NCBI GenBank assembly: GCA_963666835.2
Contig: CAXXGO010000003.1
Span: 96,001 to 160,000, forward strand
Length of the DNA: 64,000 bases
Reading direction: 5' to 3'
Origin: Phycisphaerae bacterium
GTDB lineage: Bacteria; Planctomycetota; Phycisphaerae; UBA1845
Each line of letters begins with the position of its first letter. Position 1 is the first letter of the stretch. This document shows, piece by piece, positions 19,791 to 29,824 of this stretch. The notes under the pieces were generated by a model. The model did not search any database, was not told the DNA's origin, and worked only from the letters and a program-made list of their open reading frames with translations. Both the position numbers and the translations under genes were made by a program.

Positions 19791-20724
19791 TGTGTACAAT
19801 CTCGACTCGTTCGAACTTTGCGGCCGGGCTCTGTTTGATCCGGGCCGCTTCGACCGGCCGGATCTGGATCTCGGCATCGCACCTTCGTTTCAGATCTCGC
19901 TGGGTGATCGGGTCTTTGTGATGGGGAGTTGTTTCGCTGAAGAGATCCGCATGGCACTGGAGAGTCGCGGTTTCACCGTTACCGACGCGGGGCTGGGAAA
20001 CAAGTATAACACCTTTAGTATGCTCCAAACCGTAACATGGGCTCTTGACGGTGGGTTCGGGGAGCGGTTTGTCTCGCAAGTCAAACAGGGAAGGTGGTTT
20101 GACGGTCATCGTTACCCGCTTGAATACCACAAAACCGCGCAAGAGGCGGTGGACGTTCATCAAGAGACGCTCGATCGAACGCGGGAGGTACTCGAGTCTT
20201 GCGATGTCATCATCATGACGTTAGGGTTGGTAGAGGTCTGGCGGGACAATCAAGCCGAAGCTTGGTTGAATAACACTCCGCCGCGAAAGCTCCTCGGCCG
20301 TTACCCCGGGCGATTCTCCGTGGTCCGCACTACTCATGCCCAGAATCTCGAGGCGTTCTTGGCGCTTCTGAGGAAGCTCCGATCGGCCAATGCCTCCGCC
20401 CGAATTGTCTGCTCGGTATCGCCGGTTCCGCTAATGGCCACGTTTTTCGGGAATGACGTGGTCGTGTCCAACATGTACAGCAAGTGTACGCTGCGGTCGG
20501 TCGTGACCGAGGCCATTCAGGCTGAGGCTGATCGCGGCAGTGCCCCGGTTGACTACTTCCCGAGCTATGAAATGGTCATGCTCCGTCCGCGTGATGAAGT
20601 CTGGCGCGATCTGAATCCGGTGGGGCAGCCTGATGGCCGACACGTCCGTCCGGAGTTCGTACGAGAAGTAATCATCCGGACTTTTATGGAACACTACCTG
20701 CCGGAACTCGTTCCGGCATCGTAG
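19783..20724 (+). CDS. GSCFA domain protein (SGNH-like)
   Basis: MGSCFA motif, TLGLVEVW, SVSPVPL, SKCTLR, YFPSYE, DGRH. Confidence 0.92.
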   Translation: MGNVYNLDSFELCGRALFDPGRFDRPDLDLGIAPSFQISLGDRVFVMGSCFAEEIRMALESRGFTVTDAGLGNKYNTFSMLQTVTWALDGGFGERFVSQVKQGRWFDGHRYPLEYHKTAQEAVDVHQETLDRTREVLESCDVIIMTLGLVEVWRDNQAEAWLNNTPPRKLLGRYPGRFSVVRTTHAQNLEAFLALLRKLRSANASARIVCSVSPVPLMATFFGNDVVVSNMYSKCTLRSVVTEAIQAEADRGSAPVDYFPSYEMVMLRPRDEVWRDLNPVGQPDGRHVRPEFVREVIIRTFMEHYLPELVPAS

Positions 20725-20737
20725 ATAGAGCGCTGTA

Positions 20738-22573
20738 ATGTGCGGAATCTGTGGGACTATCAGCCAAGCGCCGCTCGTCGATTCTGACAGTGTTGGACGC
20801 ATGCACGACGCCCTGCGTCATCGTGGTCCGGACGGTGAAGGCGTTTTCGATGATGCCCACGTGAGTCTTGCGATGCGCCGGTTGGCGATTATCGATCCGT
20901 TAGGTGGGAGGCAGCCGCTGTTCAACGAGGATCGTTCGCTGGTGTTAATCGCCAACGGGGAGATCTACAACTTCATTGAGCTGCGCGATCAGCTTCAGGG
21001 CCGCGGTCATCGGTTCCGCACCGGCAGCGATTGCGAGACCATTCTGCACCTGTACGAGGAATACGGATCGAGTTGCGTCGATCATCTGCGGGGCATGTTC
21101 GCTTTTGTCCTCTGGGATTCGAAGCGCCGGCTCCTTCTGTTGGCCCGGGATCGCATGGGCGAGAAACCGCTCTACTTGTACGAGCAGAAGGGCCGGCTGA
21201 CCTTTGCCTCCGAACTGAAGGCGCTACTGCGGGCCGGAGTCGTGCCGCTGGAGCTTGACCCGGTCGCAGTGGACGGCTACTTCCATTTCGGATACGTGCC
21301 CGAGCCGCAGACCCCGGTTGCGGGCGTTCGTAAGCTGCCGGCGGCCTGCACTCTGACGGTCGAGGTCGACCCATGGAAAGTCACGCAACGCTGCTACTGG
21401 CAACTCGAAGATGCTCCGTTGCTCGACGGTGATCCCGCTGAGTTGATTCGCAGCGAGTTGGATCAGATCGGTCGGCTGTTGATTCGCTCGGACGTTCCCG
21501 TGGGCGTAGCTTTGAGTGCAGGGTTGGATTCCAGCGCGATCGCGGCGCTGTCCGCACGGGAATACGGCGGGGAAATGCACGCCTTCTGCGTGGGCTACCC
21601 GGGCCATCCCAGCTACGACGAGCGTAATGACGCCCGGAAGTTTGCCGATTACCTGGGCATGCCATTCCACGAGGTGGAGCTGGCAACCGAGGAGATGGCT
21701 TCGTTCTTCCCGCGGCTGGTTCATCATCGAGACGATCCGATCGCTGATATCTCCGGCTACGGTTATTACGCGGTGGCCGCCCGGGCGAAGGAACACGGCG
21801 TGTCGGTTCTGCTTCAGGGGCAAGGGGGGGACGAGCTTTTCTGGGGCTATTCCTGGGTGAGCGAGGCCGTTCGGCGGTCGGAGCGGAAACGGCTTGGCCT
21901 TTCCGGCGGCCGTTCGCCACAGAGCATGGTCTTTTACGAACTGGTTCCGCATTTTTGCGACGCGACCAAGCTGGTCGACTCGCTGTACGCCCCGGCCTTC
22001 CGAGATCAACTGGACGGCAGCCGCCCGTCGGACCGATTCACCTTTGACCAGCCTTGGCCCCGAGTCGACTTGCGGATTACGCGACTTATTTGCGACCTCT
22101 ATCTGCGTGAAAACGGAATCGCTCAAGGCGATCGTCTGAGTATGGCCTCGTCGGTTGAGTTGAGGCTGCCGCTGGTTGATCATTGCCTGGTCGAAACGGT
22201 GGTGGGGCTCCGCAAGGCCCGGCCGGATTACGGTTTGGAGCCGAAAGCCTGGCTCAAGGCGGCTCTGAAGGGGATCGTTCCGGACTGGGTGCTGCACAGA
22301 CCCAAGCAGGGCTTCGCTCCGCCGCTGGGCACGTGGCACCGGGCGTTGTTTGAGCGCTACGGTTCCTGGCTCTCCGACGGATTTCTCGTAGGGCGAGGGG
22401 TCCTGAAGGCGGAAGAAGCTCGGGAGTTGGCGGGCGGTCCCTTCCCGGAGGGGATTGTGATACCTTTGTCGTTCAAGGCTCTGGTTCTCGAAACATGGTG
22501 CAGGAGCATGAGTAGCGAAGGGGGGACGACTGGTGAGTCAATCACTGACGCCGGTTGCGCTGTTTGCCTATAA
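20738..22573 (+). CDS. asnB: asparagine synthase (glutamine-hydrolysing)-family amidotransferase
   Basis: N-terminal MCGI, HRGPDG, RRLAIID, NGEIYN, SAGLDSS, GGDELF; probably a glycan amidotransferase given context. Confidence 0.93.
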   Translation: MCGICGTISQAPLVDSDSVGRMHDALRHRGPDGEGVFDDAHVSLAMRRLAIIDPLGGRQPLFNEDRSLVLIANGEIYNFIELRDQLQGRGHRFRTGSDCETILHLYEEYGSSCVDHLRGMFAFVLWDSKRRLLLLARDRMGEKPLYLYEQKGRLTFASELKALLRAGVVPLELDPVAVDGYFHFGYVPEPQTPVAGVRKLPAACTLTVEVDPWKVTQRCYWQLEDAPLLDGDPAELIRSELDQIGRLLIRSDVPVGVALSAGLDSSAIAALSAREYGGEMHAFCVGYPGHPSYDERNDARKFADYLGMPFHEVELATEEMASFFPRLVHHRDDPIADISGYGYYAVAARAKEHGVSVLLQGQGGDELFWGYSWVSEAVRRSERKRLGLSGGRSPQSMVFYELVPHFCDATKLVDSLYAPAFRDQLDGSRPSDRFTFDQPWPRVDLRITRLICDLYLRENGIAQGDRLSMASSVELRLPLVDHCLVETVVGLRKARPDYGLEPKAWLKAALKGIVPDWVLHRPKQGFAPPLGTWHRALFERYGSWLSDGFLVGRGVLKAEEARELAGGPFPEGIVIPLSFKALVLETWCRSMSSEGGTTGESITDAGCAVCL

Positions 22574-23447
22574 TCGGCCGGATCATGTTAATCGGGCGTT
22601 GGCGGCACTGTCTCGGTGTTGTCGCCTCGACGAGTGTGCGCTACACGTCTTTTGTGACGGTCCCTGCGATGATGAAGACGAAGCGGCGGTACGGAACACG
22701 CGCCGGGTGATTGGCGAATGGGCGAGGCGTCTGTCGGCTCGAATTGTGGAGCGTCCTGCAAACGTGGGTCTCGCCCGGTCCATCGTCGACGGCGTGACCG
22801 AGTTGTGCGAGGAGCACGGACGCGCCATTGTCATCGAAGACGACCTCGAAGTATCACCCGGTTTTGTGGATTTCATGCTGCACGGTCTGGGGCGATATCG
22901 CGACCCCGGCGAGGTCTATCAGATCTCCGGCTATATGTTCCCGGTGCAGCATCCGGACGGGGACGACGCCTTCTTCTTACCGCTTACGACGACTTGGGGA
23001 TGGGCCACCTGGCAGCGGGCGTGGTCTGCCTTCGACTGGGATGCCCGAGACGCCCTGCGGAAGCTGGAGGATCCGGCCGTTAGATGCCGGTTCGATCTGA
23101 ACGACAGTTACGCCTACTCGACAATGCTCGAAGATCGGCTGGCCGGTAGGAACGAGTCCTGGGGAATACTCTGGTGGTGGTCGGTGTTCCAACGCGACGG
23201 TTTGGTGCTCCATCCTCTCCGGTCTTTGGTCCATAACAGCGGTTTCGACGGCTCAGGCACGCATTGCGGGCTAAGCGACCAAGACGAGGAGATCCGCCGC
23301 GCAGTGTTGGAGTTCGACTTTGGTCGACCGATCGCGCTCCCACCGCGCGTCGTCGAAGACGAAGCGGCGTTCGGACGAATCACGCAGTTTCTTCGCGAAC
23401 GGCAACAAGCGACGCAACCGGCAGTCGCGACCGCTTCAATGGAGTGA
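22533..23447 (+). CDS. glycosyltransferase (GT-A fold)
   Basis: PVALFAYNRPDH, VFCDG, NVGLARSI, VIEDD, WGWATW, GFDGSGTH. Confidence 0.9.
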   Translation: MSQSLTPVALFAYNRPDHVNRALAALSRCCRLDECALHVFCDGPCDDEDEAAVRNTRRVIGEWARRLSARIVERPANVGLARSIVDGVTELCEEHGRAIVIEDDLEVSPGFVDFMLHGLGRYRDPGEVYQISGYMFPVQHPDGDDAFFLPLTTTWGWATWQRAWSAFDWDARDALRKLEDPAVRCRFDLNDSYAYSTMLEDRLAGRNESWGILWWWSVFQRDGLVLHPLRSLVHNSGFDGSGTHCGLSDQDEEIRRAVLEFDFGRPIALPPRVVEDEAAFGRITQFLRERQQATQPAVATASME

Positions 23448-23454
23448 CTTTATC

Positions 23455-24075
23455 GTGTCATATACTCGACAAGCAGAGAGAACGCAAGCTGATAGCGACA
23501 GACATCCGGCGAGTGTGGGGCAAGAGACGGTTCTGGCCCCCGGTTTCGAGATTGACGTTCGCATCGGACCGCGTGAAGGTCGGGTGACCATCGGACATCA
23601 CTCCATACTCGAGTGCGGCATCACGTTTGAGCGCAAGGTCGGTTCCGTATCGATCGGCAACAATACCTTCATCGGGCGGTCTCGCCTGGTATGCGCCACG
23701 CGGATCGAGGTGGGCAGTGATGTGCTGATTGCGTGGGGCTGCACTATTGTCGACCACGACTCGCACTCGATCGACTGGAAGCAGCGGGCCGAGGATGTTG
23801 CCCGGTGGCGCGAAGGGATGCGGATTTCGGTTGCCGAGGCCGCGGCCTTGAAGGACTGGCAGAACGTCCCGATGGCCCCGGTGCGAATCGGTGACAAGGC
23901 GTGGATCGGATTCAACTCCATCATCCTGAAGGGGGTTACGATTGGTGAGGGCGCCGTTGTTGGGGCGGGCTCGGTAGTGACGGCGGACGTACCGGCCTGG
24001 ACCGTGGTCGGGGGGAACCCCGCCCGGGTCATTAAGCAGGTGCCGCAGCAAGAAGGAGATGCCCGTCTGCAATGA
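23455..24075 (+). CDS. hexapeptide-repeat acyltransferase (O-acetyltransferase)
   Basis: IGDKAWIGFNSIILKGVTIGEGAVVGAGSVVT...GNPARVIK; start uncertain. Confidence 0.9.
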   Translation: MSYTRQAERTQADSDRHPASVGQETVLAPGFEIDVRIGPREGRVTIGHHSILECGITFERKVGSVSIGNNTFIGRSRLVCATRIEVGSDVLIAWGCTIVDHDSHSIDWKQRAEDVARWREGMRISVAEAAALKDWQNVPMAPVRIGDKAWIGFNSIILKGVTIGEGAVVGAGSVVTADVPAWTVVGGNPARVIKQVPQQEGDARLQ

Positions 24076-24965
24076 CCGTGCAGACCATACCTGCAGAACC
24101 TCCGCCGACCGGTGCCCAATACACTTGGGAAGAGGCGGTCGACTGGCTCCGGCGGCAGCCGGAACACGAGGAGCTCGTTCGCGCCTGCTACTTCGACGAT
24201 CCGTTGCTCGGTGCGGCGGAACGTTTCGCGGATAGCGCCGAGTGGCGGGAAGTGTCGTCGTGGCTGCCGCGCCGCGGTGGTCGGGCGCTGGACATCGGGG
24301 CCGGGCGTGGTATCGGCAGCTTCGCCCTGGCTCGAGCCGGGTGGCGGGTCGATGCCGTGGAGCCGGACGGAAGTGATCTTGTCGGCGCCGGGGCGATTCG
24401 CCGTCTTGCGGAGGAGTCGGGACTGCGAATCGACGTGACCCAGGGGTCTGGCGAGTCCGTTCCCTTCGACGATCGCACCTTCGACCTCGCTTATGGGCGC
24501 CAGGTGCTGCATCACGCCGCCGACCTTCCGCGCATGTGTCGAGAAATCGCCCGCGTTCTGAAGCCGGGGGGGCGCTTCGTTGCCACGCGCGAGCATGTAA
24601 TATCCCACCCGGAGGATCTCGCCGTATTCCTGGAAGAACACCCGCTGCACGGGCTGTACGGGGGGGAACACGCGTATCTGTTTAACGAGTACACTACGGC
24701 GATTCGCGATGCCGCCATGCGCTGCGTCCGTGTCTTTGGCCCGTTCGACAGCGTTGTCAACTACTTCCCGATGACCCACAGAGAATGGTGCATTCAATGC
24801 CGACGACCGGTCGGTCGGGTTGTGGGAACTCATCTGGCCCGGTTGCTTGCCGATGATCGCCACATGTTGGGGCGATGGCTGCTCCGCCGGTCGGCGGCGC
24901 GCTTGTCGCGCGCTTCCAATTATCAGGGACGCCTATATAGTTTCGTGGCCGAGAAGGTCTCGTAG
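24072..24965 (+). CDS. class I SAM-dependent methyltransferase
   Basis: ALDIGAGRG, PFDDRTFD, VLHH, RVLKPGG. Confidence 0.92.
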   Translation: MTVQTIPAEPPPTGAQYTWEEAVDWLRRQPEHEELVRACYFDDPLLGAAERFADSAEWREVSSWLPRRGGRALDIGAGRGIGSFALARAGWRVDAVEPDGSDLVGAGAIRRLAEESGLRIDVTQGSGESVPFDDRTFDLAYGRQVLHHAADLPRMCREIARVLKPGGRFVATREHVISHPEDLAVFLEEHPLHGLYGGEHAYLFNEYTTAIRDAAMRCVRVFGPFDSVVNYFPMTHREWCIQCRRPVGRVVGTHLARLLADDRHMLGRWLLRRSAARLSRASNYQGRLYSFVAEKVS

Positions 24966-25008
24966 AGGACGTAGGCAGCCGTTGCATAACCGTGCGGGGA
25001 GTCTGGCT

Positions 25009-25944
25009 TTGAATACTCGAACAGCGATGTTGACCGGGGCGGGAGGGTTTCTCGGCCGGTACATAGCGCGCGATCTGCACGGGGCCGGCTGGCGCGTGAT
25101 CGGAGTGGATCGCGAGGGAATTCCTCGTGTTAAAACGGCGGAGTCGGGCTTGGCGGATCTGTGCGTTATGGAGTTGCCGTCCGCTGAGTTGGATGGCCTG
25201 CTGGACAGAATCTCTCCTGGTGTGATCGTGCATGCGGCCGGACCTGCTTCGGTACCGGCATCGGTAGCAGACCCGTCGGCCGACTATTGTGCGTCCGTGG
25301 GCACGTTGCAGGGGGTGCTGGAGTCGATTCGTCGCACCGGATCGCCAAGCCGCGTGCTTTTCCTTTCTAGTGCGGCCGTCTACGGGGAACCGAGCCGCCT
25401 ACCCGTCGTCGAGAACGCCGCAATCGCCCCGGTTTCGCCCTATGGATACCACAAGTTCATGGGCGAGACCCTGCTTGCGGAGTATGCCTCGGTGTACGGG
25501 GTCCGCGGCTGCAGCGTCCGGATCTTCTCTGCGTATGGGCCGGGATTGCGGCGCCAGGTTCTCTGGGACGTCTCTCGAATGATACAGAGCGGCTCCGTGC
25601 TCAGGCTTTTGGGCACGGGGGCGGAGACCCGGGACTTCGTTCATGCGGCGGATGTGGCCCGCGGTGTTCGGGTCGTGCTCGAACGAGGCTCCTTTCGGGC
25701 CGAAGTGTACAACCTGGCTACGGGTCTGGAGACGCACATTGTCGACCTGGCGCGCATGCTGGCCGAGGCCTTCGGACGAAACCCGCGAATCGAGTTCTCC
25801 GGCGCCCGTCGCACGGGAGATCCGACGCGCTGGCGGGCGAGCATCGGATGTCTGGCCGGTTTAGGTTATGTGCCCGAGGTGCCCCTTCAGGAGGGTGTTG
25901 CAGAGTACGCCAAGTGGTTTCTGAAAACGTCCGGCGAGGGATAG
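25009..25944 (+). CDS. NAD-dependent epimerase/dehydratase
   Basis: TGAGGFLG, SSAAVYG, YxxxK (YGYHK), ETRDFVH; start uncertain. Confidence 0.92.
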   Translation: MNTRTAMLTGAGGFLGRYIARDLHGAGWRVIGVDREGIPRVKTAESGLADLCVMELPSAELDGLLDRISPGVIVHAAGPASVPASVADPSADYCASVGTLQGVLESIRRTGSPSRVLFLSSAAVYGEPSRLPVVENAAIAPVSPYGYHKFMGETLLAEYASVYGVRGCSVRIFSAYGPGLRRQVLWDVSRMIQSGSVLRLLGTGAETRDFVHAADVARGVRVVLERGSFRAEVYNLATGLETHIVDLARMLAEAFGRNPRIEFSGARRTGDPTRWRASIGCLAGLGYVPEVPLQEGVAEYAKWFLKTSGEG

Positions 25945-25948
25945 GCCC

Positions 25949-27124
25949 ATGCGAATTGGTGTGCTGGCAAAGGGAGGGACGGATTGGATTGGCGGACTGC
26001 ATTACACATTCAATCTGATTCGGGCATTACGCGCTCTGCCGACGGCCGATCAACCGGAGATTACCCTGTTGGTACCCGGCGAGGGCCGAACCGAGCATTT
26101 TCGCGAAGTTTCTGATCTGGCGGACATGCGTGCCGTTCCTCAGTCACTGCCGGACGGCAGGCGCGTAGGTGAGATGAATCCCGCACTTGAGCGCATTATT
26201 GCCGATGACGGTATCGATGCGGTCTTCCCTTGCATGCGCTCCATGGGGCCGGCATTCCCCTGTGCGTGGCTTCCGTGGATTCCCGACTTGCAGCACCGCA
26301 GCCACCGAGAGTTCTTTTCCGCGGAGGAATGCGCGATCCGCGATCGTGACTATAAACGTATCGCCGAGGATGCCCGGCTGGTGGTACTCAGCAGCCGAAG
26401 CGCCGCGGACGATTTCACGCGGTTTCGCCCGGACGACGCCGGCAAATTCCGGGTTCTGCATTTCGCGACCGTGCCGTTGCCGCAATGGCACCAGGCTAAC
26501 GCCCGCGATTCCATCCGCGATCTCGATCTGCCCGACAGATACCTTATGCTTCCCAACCAGTTTTGGATGCACAAGAACCACCGGACCGCCTTCGAGGCCA
26601 TGAAGATCCTGACCGATCGCGGGGTAGACGCGCACCTGGTCTGTACCGGCCATCCGCAAGACCCACGTCGCCCGAACCATGCTCGCCGCCTTCGGGAATT
26701 CATTGACGACCAACACTTATCCGAGCGGATACGAATTCTGGGATTGCTTCCACGCCAGACCCAGATCCAGGTGATGCGGGCGGCCTCCGCTGTTGTCCAA
26801 CCTTCGCTTTTCGAGGGCTGGAGTACCGTGGTGGAGGATGCCCGGGTCTTCGGCAAACGGCTGTTTCTCTCCGACATTCCCGTTCATCGCGAACAGCAGC
26901 CCGCCGGCGCGGTGTACTTCGATCCGCTCGACGCCGAGGCGTTGGCGGACCGGATCGCGGAGTCCTGGCCCGGCTTGGCGGATGCGCCGAATCCGGAAGA
27001 AGAGTCCGCTGCCCTTACCGCGCAGCAGCAGCGCGTCCGAACCTACGCCGAGGACTTCCTCGATATCGCCCACGAACTGCTCGACGTTCCGGCTTCCACT
27101 TCGGCCACCTCTTCCGCCGGTTAG
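25949..27124 (+). CDS. glycosyltransferase family 4 (GT-B)
   Basis: IPDLQH, PNQFWMHKNH, PSLFEGW, SDIPVHRE. Confidence 0.92.
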   Translation: MRIGVLAKGGTDWIGGLHYTFNLIRALRALPTADQPEITLLVPGEGRTEHFREVSDLADMRAVPQSLPDGRRVGEMNPALERIIADDGIDAVFPCMRSMGPAFPCAWLPWIPDLQHRSHREFFSAEECAIRDRDYKRIAEDARLVVLSSRSAADDFTRFRPDDAGKFRVLHFATVPLPQWHQANARDSIRDLDLPDRYLMLPNQFWMHKNHRTAFEAMKILTDRGVDAHLVCTGHPQDPRRPNHARRLREFIDDQHLSERIRILGLLPRQTQIQVMRAASAVVQPSLFEGWSTVVEDARVFGKRLFLSDIPVHREQQPAGAVYFDPLDAEALADRIAESWPGLADAPNPEEESAALTAQQQRVRTYAEDFLDIAHELLDVPASTSATSSAG

Positions 27125-27153
27125 TACCGCTTCCAGGAAGGTCGTGCCAGGTA

Positions 27154-27240
27154 CCTCCCCCCTTACCAAGGGGGGATCGAGGGGGGTGTCTTTGGAAGGA
27201 GAAGGACCTCCCCCGGCCCCTCCTTGGTAACGAGCGGAGG
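27154..27240. repeat. inverted pair of palindromic REP-like elements
   Basis: TCCCCCCTTACCAAGGGGGGA hairpin (27156-27176) followed by a degenerate inverted copy (CCCCTCCTTGGTAACGAGCGGAGG) at the end of the glycan operon. Confidence 0.7.
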
Positions 27241-27379
27241 AAGAAACGCGACAACTTCATCGGAAGCAGCATTGTCTGAGCGGCTTGCGCCCCGTCCGCC
27301 TCTCGCCCCACGTGACAAAGCGCGGGATTGCGGGTAGAAACTACGCGGTTCTGTCGGAAGTGGTAGGGAGGACGATTCG

Positions 27380-27772
27380 ATGGCCGAAGGCGTATTCGTT
27401 ACGGCAATAAACTGCATGGACGGTCGAGTTCAGGAGCCGATCGTTAAGTGGATGAGAGCCCGGTTCGGGGCGGACTACGTTGACATGATCACCGAGCCCG
27501 GGCCCGACAAGATCATGGTCGCCGGACCTGCGTCCGGACAGGAGTCCATCAAAGACCGTGTCCTGATCTCGGTCAATGGGCACGGGAGTCGAGTTGTGGC
27601 CATGGTCGGTCATCACGACTGCGCCGGGTACCCGGTTTCGAAAGAGCAGCACGTTACGGACGTGCAGAAGTGTATCGAGATAATCCAGTCGTGGGATTTA
27701 CCCGTGCGGATTCTCGGGCTCTGGGTGGGCGACACCTGGGAGGTCGAAGTCCTTTCCGATTCCGGCGCATGA
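27380..27772 (+). CDS. small beta-carbonic-anhydrase-like protein
   Basis: Zn ligand pattern CMDGR...HHDC; DMITEPG. Confidence 0.75.
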   Translation: MAEGVFVTAINCMDGRVQEPIVKWMRARFGADYVDMITEPGPDKIMVAGPASGQESIKDRVLISVNGHGSRVVAMVGHHDCAGYPVSKEQHVTDVQKCIEIIQSWDLPVRILGLWVGDTWEVEVLSDSGA

Positions 27773-27788
27773 TGGAGGGACCGGTGCG

Positions 27789-28208
27789 GTGCAGCCTTCC
27801 TTCGAGCTGTTCGATCACACGGCGGATGTTGGGATCAGGGTGCGGGCGCCGGATTTGTCCGGGCTGATTCAGCCGGCCGCCGCGGGGTTGTACGCCGTGA
27901 TTGGGAACCTCGTCAGCACCGGAGAATCCTTTCCGTGGACTTCGAGGATCGACGACGGGGAGCCGGCGTTTCTCCTGCGCGATTTCCTCGGTGAGTTGCT
28001 CCTTGCGTTCGAGACCGATCGTCGCATCCTCGCGGGGGTCGATGGTGTGGAGTTCGCGGACAACCGTTTGACAGTGAGCGCGCGTCTGGCACCGGTGGAC
28101 GAACTGCGCAGCGAATACCACCGCGAGGTTAAGGCCGTAACCTATCACGAGCTGTCCATCCGCCCGATCGAAGGCGGATACGAAGCCGTCGTCATTGTGG
28201 ATATCTAG
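27789..28208 (+). CDS. archease
   Basis: DHTADV N-terminus; EVKAVTYH; C-terminal VIVDI; directly upstream of rtcB. Confidence 0.95.
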   Translation: MQPSFELFDHTADVGIRVRAPDLSGLIQPAAAGLYAVIGNLVSTGESFPWTSRIDDGEPAFLLRDFLGELLLAFETDRRILAGVDGVEFADNRLTVSARLAPVDELRSEYHREVKAVTYHELSIRPIEGGYEAVVIVDI

Positions 28209-28212
28209 ACCG

Positions 28213-29673
28213 ATGGGAAGAGACTATACCGGTCCGCTCGAACGAATCGATGAGACCTCCTGGCGGATCCCCAAGAGCTATCGGGACGGCATGCGCGTCG
28301 ACGGGGTCGTCTTTGCGGACGACACGCTGATCGCGGCCGTTAAGCAGGATCAGTCCCCCGAGCAAGTCGCCAACGTGGCGTGTCTGCCCGGAATCGTCGG
28401 GCAGTCCCTGGCCATGCCCGACATTCACTGGGGATACGGCTTCTGCATCGGCGGGGTGGCCGCCACCGATCCCGAGCAAGGCGGGGTGATCAGTCCCGGC
28501 GGCGTGGGTTACGACATTAACTGCGGGGTCCGCATGCTGAATACGAATCTGACGCGTCAAGATGTTCAGCCGCGGATGGAGCAGCTTGTGGAAGAGCTCT
28601 TTCGCACGATCCCGTGCGGGGTCGGTCGTGGGGGCGTCATCAAGTTCAGCAACAAGGAGCTTCAACGCCTGATGACCGAGGGCTCGCGCTATGTCGTCTC
28701 TCAAGGGTACGGCTGGGACGACGACGTGGCCATGACCGAGGCCGGCGGTTGCCTCAAAGAGGCTCGCCCCGATTGGGTATCACCCAGAGCTCTGCAACGC
28801 GGGCATAACCAGTGCGGGACCCTGGGCAGCGGCAACCACTTCATCGAAGTGCAGGTGGTGGAACGGATATATGACAAGCCGGCGGCATCGGCAATGGGTC
28901 TGGTCGAGGGCGGCATTGCCGTTATGATCCACTCCGGCTCGCGCGGGTTGGGTTATCAGGTATGTGACGATTCCCTCAAAGACCTTCGGAACATCCCCGT
29001 TAAGTATGGTATTGACCTGCCCGACAAGCAGTTGGTCTGCGCGCCGGTCAATTCACCCGAAGGTGAAAGATACCTTGGGGCGATGGCCGCGGCCGCCAAC
29101 TTCGCCTGGGCCAACCGCCAGGCGATGACCTATCTGGCCCGGCAGGCGTTTGAGAAGTTCTTCGGTACCCCGGCCGAGCAGTTAGGGATGAACATGGTCT
29201 ATGACGTCGCCCATAACATCGCCAAGATGGAGACCCACGAAGTCTGCGGTAAGCGGCGGACCCTGTGCGTCCATCGCAAAGGCGCCACCCGGGCCTTCCC
29301 CGCGGGTCATCCGGAACTGCCGAAGCGCTATGCGGAAATCGGGCAACCCGTTCTCGTGCCGGGTGATATGGGGCGGTCGAGCTATGTTCTGGTCGGTCAG
29401 AAGGATGCCATGGCCCGAACCTTCGGCAGTTGTTGCCACGGTGCCGGTCGGGTCATGTCGCGTAGCGCCGCCATCCGGGCCGCCAAAGGACGTTCAATCC
29501 GCAAAGAACTCCTCGACCGCGGCGTAGTCGCCCGAGCCCGCGGCCGCACCGGCCTCGACGAAGAACAACCCGACGCCTACAAGGACGTCGACAACGTCGT
29601 AGAAGTCCTCCACAACGCCTCCATAGCCCGCAAAGTCGCCAGACTGCGACCGTTGGGGGTGATTAAGGGGTAG
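28213..29673 (+). CDS. rtcB: RNA-splicing/repair ligase RtcB
   Basis: MPDIHWGYGF, GYDINCG, GSGNHF, HSGSRG, HRKGATR, HGAGR. Confidence 0.97.
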   Translation: MGRDYTGPLERIDETSWRIPKSYRDGMRVDGVVFADDTLIAAVKQDQSPEQVANVACLPGIVGQSLAMPDIHWGYGFCIGGVAATDPEQGGVISPGGVGYDINCGVRMLNTNLTRQDVQPRMEQLVEELFRTIPCGVGRGGVIKFSNKELQRLMTEGSRYVVSQGYGWDDDVAMTEAGGCLKEARPDWVSPRALQRGHNQCGTLGSGNHFIEVQVVERIYDKPAASAMGLVEGGIAVMIHSGSRGLGYQVCDDSLKDLRNIPVKYGIDLPDKQLVCAPVNSPEGERYLGAMAAAANFAWANRQAMTYLARQAFEKFFGTPAEQLGMNMVYDVAHNIAKMETHEVCGKRRTLCVHRKGATRAFPAGHPELPKRYAEIGQPVLVPGDMGRSSYVLVGQKDAMARTFGSCCHGAGRVMSRSAAIRAAKGRSIRKELLDRGVVARARGRTGLDEEQPDAYKDVDNVVEVLHNASIARKVARLRPLGVIKG

Positions 29674-29824
29674 GGCTGTCGCTTCTGATGCGTACTGCGT
29701 CAGTCCTTTGGACTTGCGTCAGTGGTCCGCTCCCGGTACCATATTGTCTCACTTGACACGCGGCTTCGGAGGGGCGGCATTGTCTCGCCGCCTGCGCCGG
29801 CCGGGCAGTTCGGAGGGTATGGCT

